Both the position numbers and the translations under genes were made by a program. The notes beneath the pieces were generated by a model, which saw only the letters and a program-made list of their open reading frames with translations, had not been told where the DNA came from and searched no databases. Of a DNA stretch of 248,000 bases, positions 143,618 to 158,000 are shown piece by piece. Origin of the DNA: Octopus vulgaris (lineage: Eukaryota); assembly GCA_951406725.2 (NCBI GenBank), contig OX597819.1, positions 93,268,001-93,516,000 of the forward strand. The letters are read 5' to 3'. The stretch's first letter is position 1. The number at the start of each line of letters is the position of its first letter.

Positions 143618-143649
<32 letters not shown>

Positions 143650-144071
143650 GCTCTTTCTCTCTCTCTCTCTCTCTCGCCCTTTCTCTCTCTTCCCCTCTTT
143701 CTTTCTCTCTCTCTCTCTCTCTCTCTCTCCCTCTCTCTCGATCCAACTCACATAATGCTGTAGCCATCTTCTTCTTTCCCGCTGCTGTCCTGTTTTCGTT
143801 TTCCATTCCTTCATCACCATCATCGTCGTCATCGTCAATGTCGTCATCCTCCTCCTCCACAACATCCTCCTCATCATCTCATAATCATCATCATCATCAT
143901 CATCGCCGTCATCATGGTCGTCATCAATATCATCACCATCGTCATCATTATAGTCAACATCAACAACATTCTTTCTCTCGCCCTCACGGTCACTTCTCTC
144001 CGCATCTCTCTGTCTTTCATTTTGTTTTTCTCCCTCATTGTCCCACTTTCGTATCTCATACTGTGTTAATC

Positions 144072-144128
<57 letters not shown>

Positions 144129-144219
144129 TGTATTGTCCTCCTCATCCTTCGCCCTTGTGGCAAATAAAGGAAATTATTATTATTTATATTATTATTATTA
144201 TTATCTATTATTATCTATC

Positions 144220-144265
<46 letters not shown>

Positions 144266-144491
144266 GCTAAGGCAGCGAGCTAACAAAGTAATTGCCGCGC
144301 CGGACAAATTGCTGAGCATCATTTCGACCGTCTTCACGTTCTGAGTTCAAATTCCGCTGAGGTCAACTTCGCTTTTCATGCTTTCAGGGTCGATAAAACA
144401 AATACCATTTGAACGCTGGGGGGGGGGTCAATGTAAGTGACTTACTCTATCCTCTCAAAGATTGCTGGCCTTGTGCCAAACTGAGAAAGAA

Positions 144492-144543
<52 letters not shown>

Positions 144544-145201
144544 CATTATTATTATTATTATTATTTCTAAGTCGGCAAGCTGGCAGAATCGTTAGCACGC
144601 CGGGCAAAATGCTTAGCGGCATTTCACTCGTCTTCACGTTCTGAGTTCAAATTCCGCCGAGGTCTACATTGCCTCTCATCCTTTCGGGATCGAAAAAGTA
144701 TGTACCAGTTCAACACTGGTGTCGATGCAATCGACTTGTCCCCTTCGCTCAAACTAGCTGACCTTGCGCCGAAATCTAAAACTATTATCATTATTATTAT
144801 TATTTCTTTCTCGACCTTCTCAAATCAAATTACAATTATCTTCTGTGACTAATAGATTTTCTAGATTGACACCAGCACTACATTTTTCCTTTTTCTTTTT
144901 CTTTTTTCAAGCTACATCGCATAAAACCCCCGCCCAGAGCCATCGCCACCACCAGCAACAACAACGACACAAACAACAAGCGTAACCATCCATAGTTTTA
145001 ACACGTGATACATGAATACCCATGCATACATACATGCATGCATAGATAAATACATGCACGAATGCATGCATACATGCTTGCATACATATATGTAAAATAT
145101 ATGTGTATATACATACATACACACACATATATAAGTAATTTATATATATGTATATATATAATTATGTGCTTATAATTATGTATATATGTATACATACATA
145201 G

Positions 145202-145247
<46 letters not shown>

Positions 145248-145272
145248 GTGTATATATATGTGTGTGAGTCAG

Positions 145273-145303
<31 letters not shown>

Positions 145304-145688
145304 TATTCAGGTGTGTGTTTGTGTGTGAATATATATTACATACATACATCTTCGTGTGGTGGTGGTGGTGGTGGTGGTAGTGGTGGTATCTTTCTTTTAT
145401 ATCAATTGTCAATCTTTGGCAACGGAAAGAGAGAACAAACGGGATATACATACATACATACATACATATACATATATACTATAAAATAACAGAATATAGA
145501 ATAAATCATGTGCTTAATCGAGAAAATGGATTCGTTACCACCGCATTGTCGTTCTTGTCGCATCGCTACTGTTATTGTCAGCCATTGCCATCATAATAAT
145601 TGTTGATGATATTGTTGTATGTATGTATGTATGTATGTGTATATGTATGTATATATATACATACACATACATATATATATATACACAC

Positions 145689-145734
<46 letters not shown>

Positions 145735-146741
145735 CACACACACGTAAATGTAGGACGATGGAATGAGTACTCAATACCGCATTGGTGGATAAATAATTTC
145801 CTTATTTGTGAATTAAGGCTCTGATTAGTTTCATGTTGGATATTTTCCTAATCTTCGTAACATGAAACCAATGGTAGCCTTAATTTACGAATAAAGAATA
145901 TGTGTGTGTGTGTGTTTAAAAAAAATAAGTACTTGGGGTCACATAAACGATATGTATGTATGTATGAATAGATGGATGGATGGATGCATGCACGCACAGG
146001 CATGGATGTATGGCTAAGAAGTTCGCTTTGCAACCCAGTGGTTTCGGATCCGGATCAGCTGCATTATTCCATCGGCTGATCATCGCCTTATGAGAATATT
146101 TGTTCGACCGGATGGTAAGGAGGGCAATGAAGGCAGAAGAGATAGACAACAGAACCAGAAGCAGACCTCGGAATGTGTGGGTGGATGTTGTGAGGAAAGC
146201 TTTGGTGGTTAGAGGTGTTGGGACGAGAGAGAGAATTTGATGTTACTCAAAGGAATCCGGAACGAGTATGATGCGGCGGGGGTAAACCAGCATATGCTGT
146301 CGGGCTCCGCTTCTGATATTGGTGGCTGCGTTCTATGCCTTGACCCGAGCTCAGGACGCGGCTAGCCTCTTTGAGCTGGGAAATGAATGGAATGCCTTGT
146401 GTGTGTCTTGTTGTGGCTACCCCTCCTAAAAAATGGTGAATAGGCCTGGGTACTTGTATATATATACATATATATATATATATACTGTTGTGTCTGGGGA
146501 GAGTCATTTTCTTTTTGTGCCTCATAATGTAACACACTCACAGGTAAAATTTCCACTTAATTCTTATCTTTATTTTCGTTGCGTCTTGACTCTCCGCAGA
146601 CACAACAAAATATGCTTCAACACACGAACTCATATAAAGAATCTTGCAAACCAAATCCAAAAGCGAAATATGTATATACATATATATGTATATATGTATT
146701 ATGTATATATATATATTATGTATACATACAATCATACATAC

Positions 146742-146826
<85 letters not shown>

Positions 146827-147703
146827 TGATCGCAAACTGAGAAGTCAAAATACGGGAGTACTCATAATTACAAAGCCAAAAGATAATATTTTAGTTCTTT
146901 TAAGTAATATATTAACCACCTTGCCATTATGACTACTGTTTCGTTTAGAAACCATTCTTTATATAACCGGGTCACGAATTTAACATAGTTAAATGTGTCA
147001 TCCTATAGTCTACAAAAGCGGACAGCCTGAGGAATGCCGTAAAACAATGGTTTTGAAACTGACAGTATTCTTCATGCGCTAACCCGTTAATGTATTTCTT
147101 ATAAAGAAAAGAATAATTCTTCTTATGATCATTATGTTACGTGTGCATGCACGAGTGTTGTGACACTGTATTGACACGCAGAAATTCACACATATAGAAA
147201 TATAGAGAAATATGTATAAGCATAACACAGTTACGCATAAATATTCAACGTGTCAAGATGCATGAAACACAAGGAAGTACGTATTCACGGAAAGTCAGAT
147301 ATAACTATACGTAAGCGATCAACAACAGTAACACATCATAAGGCAAAATGGAAGCGATCATTGTTAAGTAATTTCAATTAGTACTTTCATCTTCGTGAAA
147401 ATCATATTCTACTTTATTCTGTTTATATTCTACCTTTGTTCAGTAATATTTGAGAACAAACAGAGATATTTTACATATTTAGTGAAAATAAAAAGAATTA
147501 TTATTAGTTAGAAAAGCTTTTTACAAAATGTCTGTTCTTTTAGCATCTAATACAACCCGTATACTTTCAGTATATTTTCCCGTTTATACATTAAAGGCCA
147601 TCAGTGGCTTTAGGACATTACTGTTCGATATACAAGTGTGCGTTTGTGTGTACACATATATGTACATATACGCATATGTAGAGATGAGTTTGTATATATT
147701 TGT

Positions 147704-147737
<34 letters not shown>

Positions 147738-147752
147738 GTGGTATATATATAT

Positions 147753-147796
<44 letters not shown>

Positions 147797-148065
147797 GTAT
147801 GTGTGTACATATATATGTATCTATATAGACAGAGAGAGGGACTGAGAGAGAGAGACAATTATATATAAGTATATATGTATGTGGATATATATATATATGT
147901 ATATAAATGCATATATACATATATATATTTAAAGGTATATATATGCATATGTATGTATATGTGCATATGTATGTATATGTGTCCGAGTCAGTCATCATGA
148001 CAGATCGTTAGCCACTACACACATTTTTTCTCTCTTTGTTTCTCTCCTTGTTTTTTTCTGTGTCC

Positions 148066-148101
148066 CTTTCTGTAGAAGAGCGTAGGCTCGAAACGTAAAA
148101 G
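148066..148101 (+). ncRNA. Minimal hammerhead-like motif with variant CUGUNGA core; family copies near 15624, 16029, 55045(-), 71758, 75830(-), 151928(-)
   Basis: CTTT-CTGTAGA-A-GAGC(gtag)GCTC-GAAA-C-GTA-AAAG. Position 7 varies among copies (A/G/T) while position 6 is always T. Confidence 0.65.
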
Positions 148102-148199
148102 ACTTTTTCTATTCCTGAGCGTTATACTAATACATGTTTGTTTTGTACACTACCTGTCTTCGTCTTTTGTTTTTTTCGTAAACTCTCCCTATCTATCTA

Positions 148200-148271
<72 letters not shown>

Positions 148272-148390
148272 AAATTTAAAATTAAGGATAAAATCTTTAT
148301 AAGAAATTATCAGTAGTTAGCGTGAAAGACCTCGTAAGAGAAAAATCTGTAAATTTTGTAACGTTGTGTTTTTTCTTATGTCTTGAGTTC

Positions 148391-148454
148391 GTTGCACTGA
148401 AGAGCATAAAATGCATATTCTGCATTGATTGCGAAATCACAGGTGATTTGTAAC
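148391..148454 (+). ncRNA. Canonical-core type-I hammerhead ribozyme motif
   Basis: GTTGCA-CTGAAGA-GCA…AATGCA(tattc)TGCATT…TGC-GAAA-TCAC(ag)GTGA-TT-TGTAAC: all three stems can pair. Confidence 0.75.
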
Positions 148455-148589
148455 TAAATTCTGTTTTTAAATGACTTGCTTTGAAGTTTTGCATTCGGTA
148501 CAATTTGTTTACTTTAGTAGTTTTGACTGCAATAGTCCCTCCTAGCGTGCGGTACCTATGAATAATAGTACCCTCTATATAATATAAAT

Positions 148590-148660
<71 letters not shown>

Positions 148661-149426
148661 CACTGAAATTCCAACTTAGTCTGATTTTCACGTCTTCTTT
148701 TTTGCAATTTTTCCAATTTTCCAATTTTTCAGTTTTACAATTTTACAATAGAGAAACAAAACTAGTACTTTCATTCGTTACGCAATCATCATGTTAATGT
148801 AGTGATAGTTGTGTTCCACAATTGACCCATTATGGAATACAATCGTCACAACATAAATAGTCGCAGGAGTGGTTGTGTGGTAAGGAGATTGCTTTCCAAC
148901 CACATGGTTCCGAGTTCAGTCCCACTGCGTGGCACCTTGGACAAGTGTCTTCTACAATAGTAGGAGTGATATGATAAGGCTGTATTAAGGGATGGGTAGA
149001 GAAACGGTATGATGGGTGATACCAAAGTAAGTAGTAGTTTTAGTGATATGCAGTCTAATACATGACCCAAATTAAACTCCTCATTCGTATCACGATCGAA
149101 CCAAGAGTTTAACTATGGTCTGTCCTTAGCACGTACTGCCACTCTCTGGGTCTTCTAGGTACCAATAACTTTTAGACCCTCACTATATATATATGTGTGT
149201 GTATGTATGTATTTGTGTGTCTGTGTCTGTCCTCCCGCCATCGCTTGACAATCAATGTTGGTGTGTTCATGTCCCCGTAACTTAGCGGTTCATCAAAAGA
149301 TACCGATAGACTAAGTACTAAGCTTACAAAGAATAAGTCCTGGGGCGATTTGCTCGACTAAAGGCGGTGCTCCAGAATAACTGCAGTTAAATTACTAAAA
149401 CAAGTAAAAGAATAAAAGACTTTCTC

Positions 149427-149480
<54 letters not shown>

Positions 149481-151779
149481 TGTGTGTATTTGTGTGTGTA
149501 TTTGTGCTTGCAGTAACCACTCATAAAATATTTACTTTACAGGCCACGGTGCCGCTTCTGCGCAAACATACATATATGTCAATCATATGTACCTAATGCT
149601 TTGTGTGTATATATAGTAGATTACCGTATTAGCATTTTCACTTTTTCCCCCCTAATGTCTTTCAAATAATCTCGTTTCCAGAAATATCTTGCTATTTTTA
149701 TACATATAGATCATTATATATACATATTCAAATTTCTCTGTTGTGCGCAGGTAACTTGGCTCCTTAAACTGGGTTATAACCTGGCTTTGGCCGTGATTTT
149801 ACCTTCCTTCTATTTAAGATCGTCTTCAGAGTATAATGAGAGAAAATAGTGCATTAGAAATTGGGGAAGCATACGCATTACCTTTGAATATTTTAAGTGT
149901 AGCGTAGGAAAGGTTTTTTAAAGATCTCTCGGGGATAACTTCATTTTTTCTAAACAATTTTTTTTACTTTTAACTGATACGTTTTTAACCGATTCAACGG
150001 GAAAAAATCAGAACTGGCTGGCGAAGGAAGACCATCTGAAATAATAATAATAATAATTCTTTCTACTAGAAGCAGAAGGCCTCAAATTTGGTGGGAGGGG
150101 ACTAGTCGATTACATCGTCGTCCCAGCACTCAACTGGTACTTAATTTATCGACCCCGAAAGGATGAAATGCAAAGTCGACCTCGGCGGAACTTGAACTTG
150201 AACACGTAGCGGCAGACGAAGTACTGCTAAGCATTTAACCCGGTGTGCCAGCTCGCCGCCTTAATAATAATAACAATAACAATAATAATAATCCTTTCTT
150301 ATTATAGGCACAAGGCCTGAAATTTGAGGAAGAGGGCTAGTTGATTACATCGACCCCAGTGCGTAACTGGTACTTAATTCATTGATCCCCGATAGGATGA
150401 AAGGCAAAGTCGACTTCAGCGGAATTTGAACTCAGAACGTTGTAACGGGCGAAATACCTATTTCTTTACTTCCCACAAGGGGCTAAACAAAGAGAGGACA
150501 AACAAGGACGGACAAACGGATTAAGTCGATCATATCGACCCCAGTGCGTAACTGGTACTTATTTAATCGACCCCGAAAGGATGAAAGGCAAAGTCGACCT
150601 CGGCGGAATTTGAACTCAGAATGTAGCGACAGATGAAATACTGATGAGCATTTCGCCCGACGTGCTAACAACGGGCGAAATACCGCTGAGCATTTCGTCC
150701 AGCGTGCTAACGATTCTTCCAGCTCACCGCCTCAATAATAATGATGATAATAATCCATTCTACTATAGGCACAAGGTCTGATATTTTGAGGGAGGGAACA
150801 AGTCGATTACAGCAACCTTAGTGCTCGACTCTTTCTAATATATGCACAAGGCCTGAAAATTGAGAGAAGGGACGTAGTCGATTACGTCAACCGCCAATGC
150901 TTGACAAAATTTGATCTCAGTGTGTAAAGACTGTCGAAGAGTCGCTAAGCATTTTGTCCGGGGAGCTAAGCATTCAGCCGGCTCGCTGACTTATAAATAA
151001 TACTCTCTAATTTTGGATCAAGACCAGCTATGTTGAGGGGAGGAGGAAGTCGAATACATTTGACCCCAGTACATGGCTGCTTGTTATGTTATCAACCTCG
151101 AAAGGGTGAACGAGGAAGGGAACCGCAACGGAATTTAAACTCAGAACATAAAGCCGGAAGAGTCCACTGAAAGTTGAGAGTCAAATTTGACCTCGGTATA
151201 ATTTGAACTCAGTGCGTAAAGAACTGAAACAAATACCACACTTCTATTGTGATTGAAAATTGTAGTAGCATTCACAAATGAATAAGATATTGCAGGCATT
151301 TAAATTTGACGTGCTATGATAACTGGGAAAAAATAATTTCAAAATGTGTACTAATGACTTTGAAAACACCTTGTATAAAAATTTTTAGAAAGAATTAAAA
151401 TGTTTTACTAACTCTGGAAAATTACGTGGCTCTTCTGCCAAAACAAAATATCTTTACGATATTGTTAACACCTCATATATAAGATTTCTCTTCAATATCA
151501 TCACAAAATTTATAAGAAATAGTCACTTATCATTTCCATTATGTAAGCCAGAGCCATCCCACGTGGGAAGAGTAGCGCTTCGGTTATCAATTGGTTCGAC
151601 AATATATACGCGAAAGAAATTAAAAATTTATTTAGTTTGATATTGCGAAATCTTACTGCTTTAAGTATAATATCGCACATAAAAGTATTCGAACGTTAAC
151701 TGAAAGAGCACTCAATGATTCTATATGGTATTTAAAATTCACAACGTGATACATACACACACACACACATAAATATGAG

Positions 151780-151828
<49 letters not shown>

Positions 151829-153406
151829 CGGGAAGCTTTATGAAAATAAACAAAAGACGAAGGCAGGTGGAAAACAAACGAACAATTGTATTAGTATGGC
151901 GCTCAGGAAATATAAATAAAACAAGTCTTTAACGTTTCGAGCCTACGCTCTTCAACAGAAAGATACACAGAGAGAGAAAAACACAGAAAGAAGGAGAGAA
152001 AAAAAATGCGTGCAGTAGCTAACGAATCAACATGGCGATCTGATTTCGGCCAGAGGTCAAAGATCAAACATGAGACGCGAGAGCGAAATAAGGGGAGATA
152101 ATAGGGTTGATAAAAGGGTTGAGGGACCAGCTAAAAGTGCGTGGGAGGGGTCTGGATGTGTGTATGTATAGGGTTGGTGTATGTATTAGTATGTATAAGG
152201 GTGTGTGTGTGTATGAGAGAGTATTAGTGCGTAGGATTGGTCTGGACGTGCGTATGTATGGGGTTGATGTATGTATTAGTATGTATTAGTATATATTAGT
152301 ACGTATTGGTATGTATAGGTGTGTGTGTGTGTGTGTGAGAGAGTATAAGTGCGTATGCGGGGTCTGGACGTGTGTATGTATAGGGTTGGTGTAAGTATTA
152401 GTATGTACTAGTATGTATTAGTACGTATTAGTATGTATTAGTTGGTGCGTGTATTAGTATGGCACATCATATGTGATGTGATGTGTAAAGTCATGTGGTG
152501 TAGTGAGGAGAAGAGGGGGAGGGGGAGAAGAGGGGGAGAAGGGGAGGGGAAGAAGAGGGGGAGGAGAAGGGGGAAGAGGAGAGGATGGGGAGAAGGAAGG
152601 GAAGGAGGGGGATGAAGGAGGAAAGAGGGAGAGGGGGAGAGAGAAGGGGAGAGAGAAGGGGAGAGAGGGAGTGAGGGAGAAGAGGGAAGGGGAAGAGGGA
152701 GGGAGAAAGAGGGAAGAAGGGAAGGGGAGTAGGGGTGAAAGGATGAAGGACTGAAGAAGTAGGGGTTGGGGGGAGAAAGGATAGGTGAGGAGGGGGAGAG
152801 GGGGGTTAGATGAGGAGGGGGGAGAGTTGAGACCAAATGGCGTATAAGAGCGAAGATATATATATATATATATATACATACATACATGTGTGTAAATGTA
152901 TGTATATATATATATATGTGTGTATATGCAGACACCAGGGAGACTTGTGTTGTGCTGTCTCTCTAAGACTTGTATTTGTTAGTAAAATCGATAAAAAGAG
153001 TGCAATGAACTTGCTATGGAGTGTGGGAAATCCAACGTTTCGGAAAGAGTCTTTCTTCAGTGTAAAGTTGAAAGGAGAGAAATTACTGAAAGACACTATC
153101 CTCTAAGTTAGAGAAACTGGCTGCGACTGTATGTGTGCGTGTATTTTTGTGTGTGTGTGTTTGTACGCATTGGTGTACGTACACGTCTGTGTGTTTGAGT
153201 GTAGGTGTGCGCGCACGTGAGTCTGTGTGTTAAGATGCCAGGGGTACCTCAGTTCTGAATAATCATTGAAAGACAGTTTAAGAATAGCAATAAAACCTGC
153301 TTAGTAAGGATTTCCGATCATAGATTCAAAATGAACGGCATTTATAAATACACGCACGCCCGTGCACACACATGCATGCTGACGTTGTTACATGCATACA
153401 CATAGT

Positions 153407-153438
<32 letters not shown>

Positions 153439-153515
153439 TGTGTGTATACATAGATATATATAGGTATATATATAGACATATATATATATACGTATATCTA
153501 TATATATATCTATAG

Positions 153516-153554
<39 letters not shown>

Positions 153555-153709
153555 GTGAAATAGAAAGATGAATAATCTTGTAGTAGATTAATCATTAGTT
153601 TAACCGATACCTTAGTAGCAAAAATCACAGCAGTAAAACAGCACGGTTGGAGGTACAACCATTTGGTGTTGCAACCGTGCGTTGGTGCGGATAATTGAAA
153701 TTAGAACAT

Positions 153710-154161
153710 TATTGGTGAATTGAAGAAATGGAGCTGAACGCAGATTGAACAGAAATCGTTTTATTTCATTCTACACGTGTTTCGAAAGGCACAAATTACC
153801 AAAATCCGATGGAATAATGGGACCATATTGTGTCTTTCTCTTCAGGAAGAAAATAGGAAATCCGTTGGAAAAACAAAAACAGAACAGAGGCGGAGCAAAA
153901 ACAAATCGAACTATGCTCCTAAGAGCCCATGGCGAAAGTTTCGCCATGGGCTCTTAGGAGCATAGTTCGATTTGTTTTTGCTCCGCCTCTGTTCTGTTTT
154001 TGTTTTTCCAACGAGATTTCCTATTTTCTTCCTGAAGAGAAAGACACAATATGGTCCCATTATTCCATCGGATTTTGGTAATTTGTGCCTTTCGAAACAC
154101 GTGTAGAATGAAATAAAACGATTTCTGTTCAATCTGCGTTCAGCTCCATTTCTTCAATTCA

Positions 154162-154167
<6 letters not shown>
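153710..154167. repeat. Near-perfect palindrome (arms ~228 bp, 1-nt spacer) made of two HHR-bearing pLTRs
   Basis: Centre ...ccatggcgaaa-g-tttcgccatgg...; only one indel seen between the arms. Confidence 0.92.
154029..154108 (+). ncRNA. Canonical-core hammerhead with long stem II and palindromic stem III
   Basis: TTC-CTGAAGA-GAAAGACAC…GTGCCTTTC-GAAA-CACGTG-TA-GAA. Mirror copy at 153769-153848 (- strand). Confidence 0.78.
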
Positions 154168-154205
<38 letters not shown>

Positions 154206-154719
154206 CATACATAGATACATATACACATTTATGCTCAGGAGCACACTGCTCATATTATCAATGAATGTAGGAATCCATATAAGGACTGAATCTCAGTTGA
154301 ATATCTATATATAAACGTCAGCGAAGAAACGTGACTACGTAATTTGAATTTACGTAGTAACTCCGTAAAAAAATACAATTCTTCAAGATAGATCACAAGA
154401 AGACCGACCTATATCCTATATAAATACAATCTAATCAATCAAACAAAATTGAACAGTAAAAGATACGTGTAACACTTTTGTACATCAGTATAGTTTTCTT
154501 TATAATTCAAATTACGTGATGTCGAATATTATCAAACACACACACACACACATGTATGTATGTACGTATGTATGTACGTACACACGTATATGGAGACTTT
154601 GAAAAAATACACATCTCACGTTCCTATCCTATCACTCGCACACTCACACACACACCAAGGATTTAGAGAAACACGTAACACACACATAAAGGTATATATA
154701 TACACACATATATATATAC

Positions 154720-154760
<41 letters not shown>

Positions 154761-154895
154761 CATATATATGTGTATATTTAAATATACACATGCATTAGAA
154801 TTTTCTCTGATTTTTCAGATTTTTGTATGCTAGGCTACTGGTTTTAAATTGATATTAATTAAATTAATATTCAATTTATCTCCCTCATGATTTAA

Positions 154896-154976
<81 letters not shown>

Positions 154977-155016
154977 TATATGTGTGTGTGTGTGTGTGTC
155001 TATATGTGTGTGTGTC

Positions 155017-155065
<49 letters not shown>

Positions 155066-158000
155066 ATACATACAGATATATTTATATAGTCAGGAACGGG
155101 AGAGGGGGCGATTTCTATGCGTGCGGATGTGTGTATAAAGACACATCTATGAATGTGTTTGTATATGCATGTGGATTTGAAGGGGGTGTCAACAGAAACG
155201 TGTGACCATTATCGATGCATTTCTCTAGGCCCTCATCTGCTGTTTTCTGGTTGTCTTTTTCTTCTCCAACATGCGATCCCCACCCTTATACCAAGCTCTT
155301 CGACTTGGGCCAATAGTCTTAGTGTCTACGTGTCTTATCTGGCAGGTAGGGCAACCACGAAAATCTCTTTTTGCTGCTACAGTTATACTATGGTTGCGAG
155401 TGAAACTACCGAGTAGGTGGAGATTTGTAGCAAGCTGAGTCAGTAACGCAGTTTCGATTTCCAATAGATGCTAATTCACTTTATGTTAAAAATGTCCTTG
155501 GAATAGTTATGAACGTCACGTATCCTTGTTTTTGCTTGTTAGCTTAGTTTTTTTTTCTTTGTTTGTTTAGTTTTTTTGTTTGTTGTTTTTGTTTTGTTTG
155601 TTTGTTTGTTTGTTTTTTCACCTTAAAAAATTCAGAGTTTAGGCATTATGGCATATACACAGTGCTTGTTAGAACTTCCTTTGTTAAAGAAAGAGTCTAA
155701 AGTTAAAGCCCAACCCAACCATCAAGACGAACACCAACCACTTCATATTCTCCATGGTCTTTCAAGGTCATAGACACAACCACCTCTTCCGGGTCAAACT
155801 ACTGAAAGGAAAAAAAATACTCTCTTCTGTGAGAGATTTGAAAAACAACACACATGTCCGTATACAAATATTTCCGTTACTTAATACAAAGCTTTCTTCT
155901 TCTTCCTTGAAACCAGCTTTTTTCACTCATCCCCAATATCTTAAAGTAAATTGTTTTAAAGACACGGCATGTTTTCTTAACATACCCTATGCTTATAAAG
156001 AATTTAGAAAATTTATTTTCATATCTCTACTCTTCATCAAGCATAATCACATAACACCCACAAGCTTTCATTGAAGAAATAACGTTTGTTTGTTTTTTTC
156101 TCTGGTGTTTTTTTTTTGTTGTTGTTGCAGAGTGAGGCTGTTCTTTTTTATTTATTTATTTTTTTTTTTTGGTGGAGTTTAGTATTAGGAAGTGGAGGAA
156201 AGGACTGAGCCTATGATCTTTGCAGGTAGAGTCGCCTTAAGGCACCACCTATACTGGGTAATTGCCTGGAAGCCTCATGGGTCCAGCGGCCCCAATTTTA
156301 ATCTAGGCATGCTGTGATATGCTGTCAATGAATAAATAAATACTAAATGACCCACTGCAGTGACGTGCGTAGGGACTTATAATGCTACTAAGGAATCTCT
156401 GTTTGTAGGTCATGATGTGTTTCGTACCTATGATGTTTTAACCGATAGATGCAATGTATAATAAAGCTATCAATTAAAAATCTATTTCGTTTTTGGATTT
156501 GGTTTGCAAGATTCTTTATGAGTTCGTGTGTTGAAACAAATTCTGTTGTCTGGAGAGAGTCATTTTCTTTTTGTGCCTTATTATTTAACACACTCACCGG
156601 TAAAATTTCCACTTATTTCTTATTTTTATTTTCCTAAAATTTTCGTTGCGTCTTGCAACCTTTTCGATAAAACTATTGAAAAGGCTGCAAGACGCAACGA
156701 AAATTTTAGGAAAATAAAAATAAGAAATAAGTGGAAATTTTACCGGTGAGTGTGTTAAATAATAAGGCACAAAAAGAAAATGACTCTTCTCAGACACAAC
156801 AGAATAAAAATCTATTGGATCCTCGAAATACATGCGGAAAGAATGTGAGAAAGCAAACATGAATTGTATGTAGGATAGAGATTTAATCCATTGACTGGGT
156901 TAACACCTTCACTAGATCTTAAATACGATCAGCAGAATCTATTCTGTTGCAAGCATACGAGCCAAATCTATCTTGATGATAAAATTTTCCATTTCTGTTT
157001 GCAATGCATGGTAACCGCAAACAGGGTAAACGGTGCAAACATTTATACCGTGGAGTAAATGGATTTTTGCCCGTTTCGACGATGAATGTTTAGTTGTTCG
157101 AGCAACTAAACAGATATGTAAGTAGCTGAGTTTCCCACAGGCAGAATCAGGCGCGATTAGCATGACAAATCGTGTGTCAAGGTTGGCCATTTGAATTTGC
157201 ATCTGATTGATGGGCATTCACACAGTTCCCATCTACCTGGTTTCACTCATAAACAAGGCGATCCGAGGCTATTAAATGAAATTTAAAAACACACTTCCCA
157301 GGAAACCGAACCCGGAACCGCATGATTGAGAAACAAACTTCTTAACCATTCAGCTATTTTGCGTCCTTCGCTGACTAAACCAGACAAAGAATACAATCAA
157401 TGTATTTATACTCTCCCTTGAATAAAGCCACGTTATTAGAGCATGAAACCAAACATAAGACAATTAATATTTGCTTTATTAATATTTATTGAGCAATTTT
157501 GATGGCGGTTAGTATAAATAATTGAATCGGTAATTTATCAACTTAATTTATAGTTTGATCCTCAGTGTGACAAGTGCTGATTTGGTTCATGAATATTAAT
157601 TAATAGCGATGTATACTACAATAACAAGGGTATATTCCAAGAAATGTCATATCTTTAATATGGTTAAATTTTATGACCAGGCTTTATATATATTTAAAAG
157701 AGAAGCTGTACATCGTCGTAAGGTTCGACAGCAGGTGTCTTTCATATGATCATTAAATTTATATTAATATCAACACTTTAAAAGTAGACATGTTAAACCT
157801 TCTGGATATGTATGCAAGTACAAAGACTGCGAGCTCGCACAGACGTTAGCACACCGGGAGAAATGCTTAGCGGTATTTCGTCTGCCGTTACGTTCTGAGT
157901 TCAAATTCCGCCGAGGTCGACTTTGCCTTTCATCCTTTCGGGGTCGATTAAATAAGTACAGTTATGCACTGGGGTCGATATGATCGGCTTAATCCGTTTG

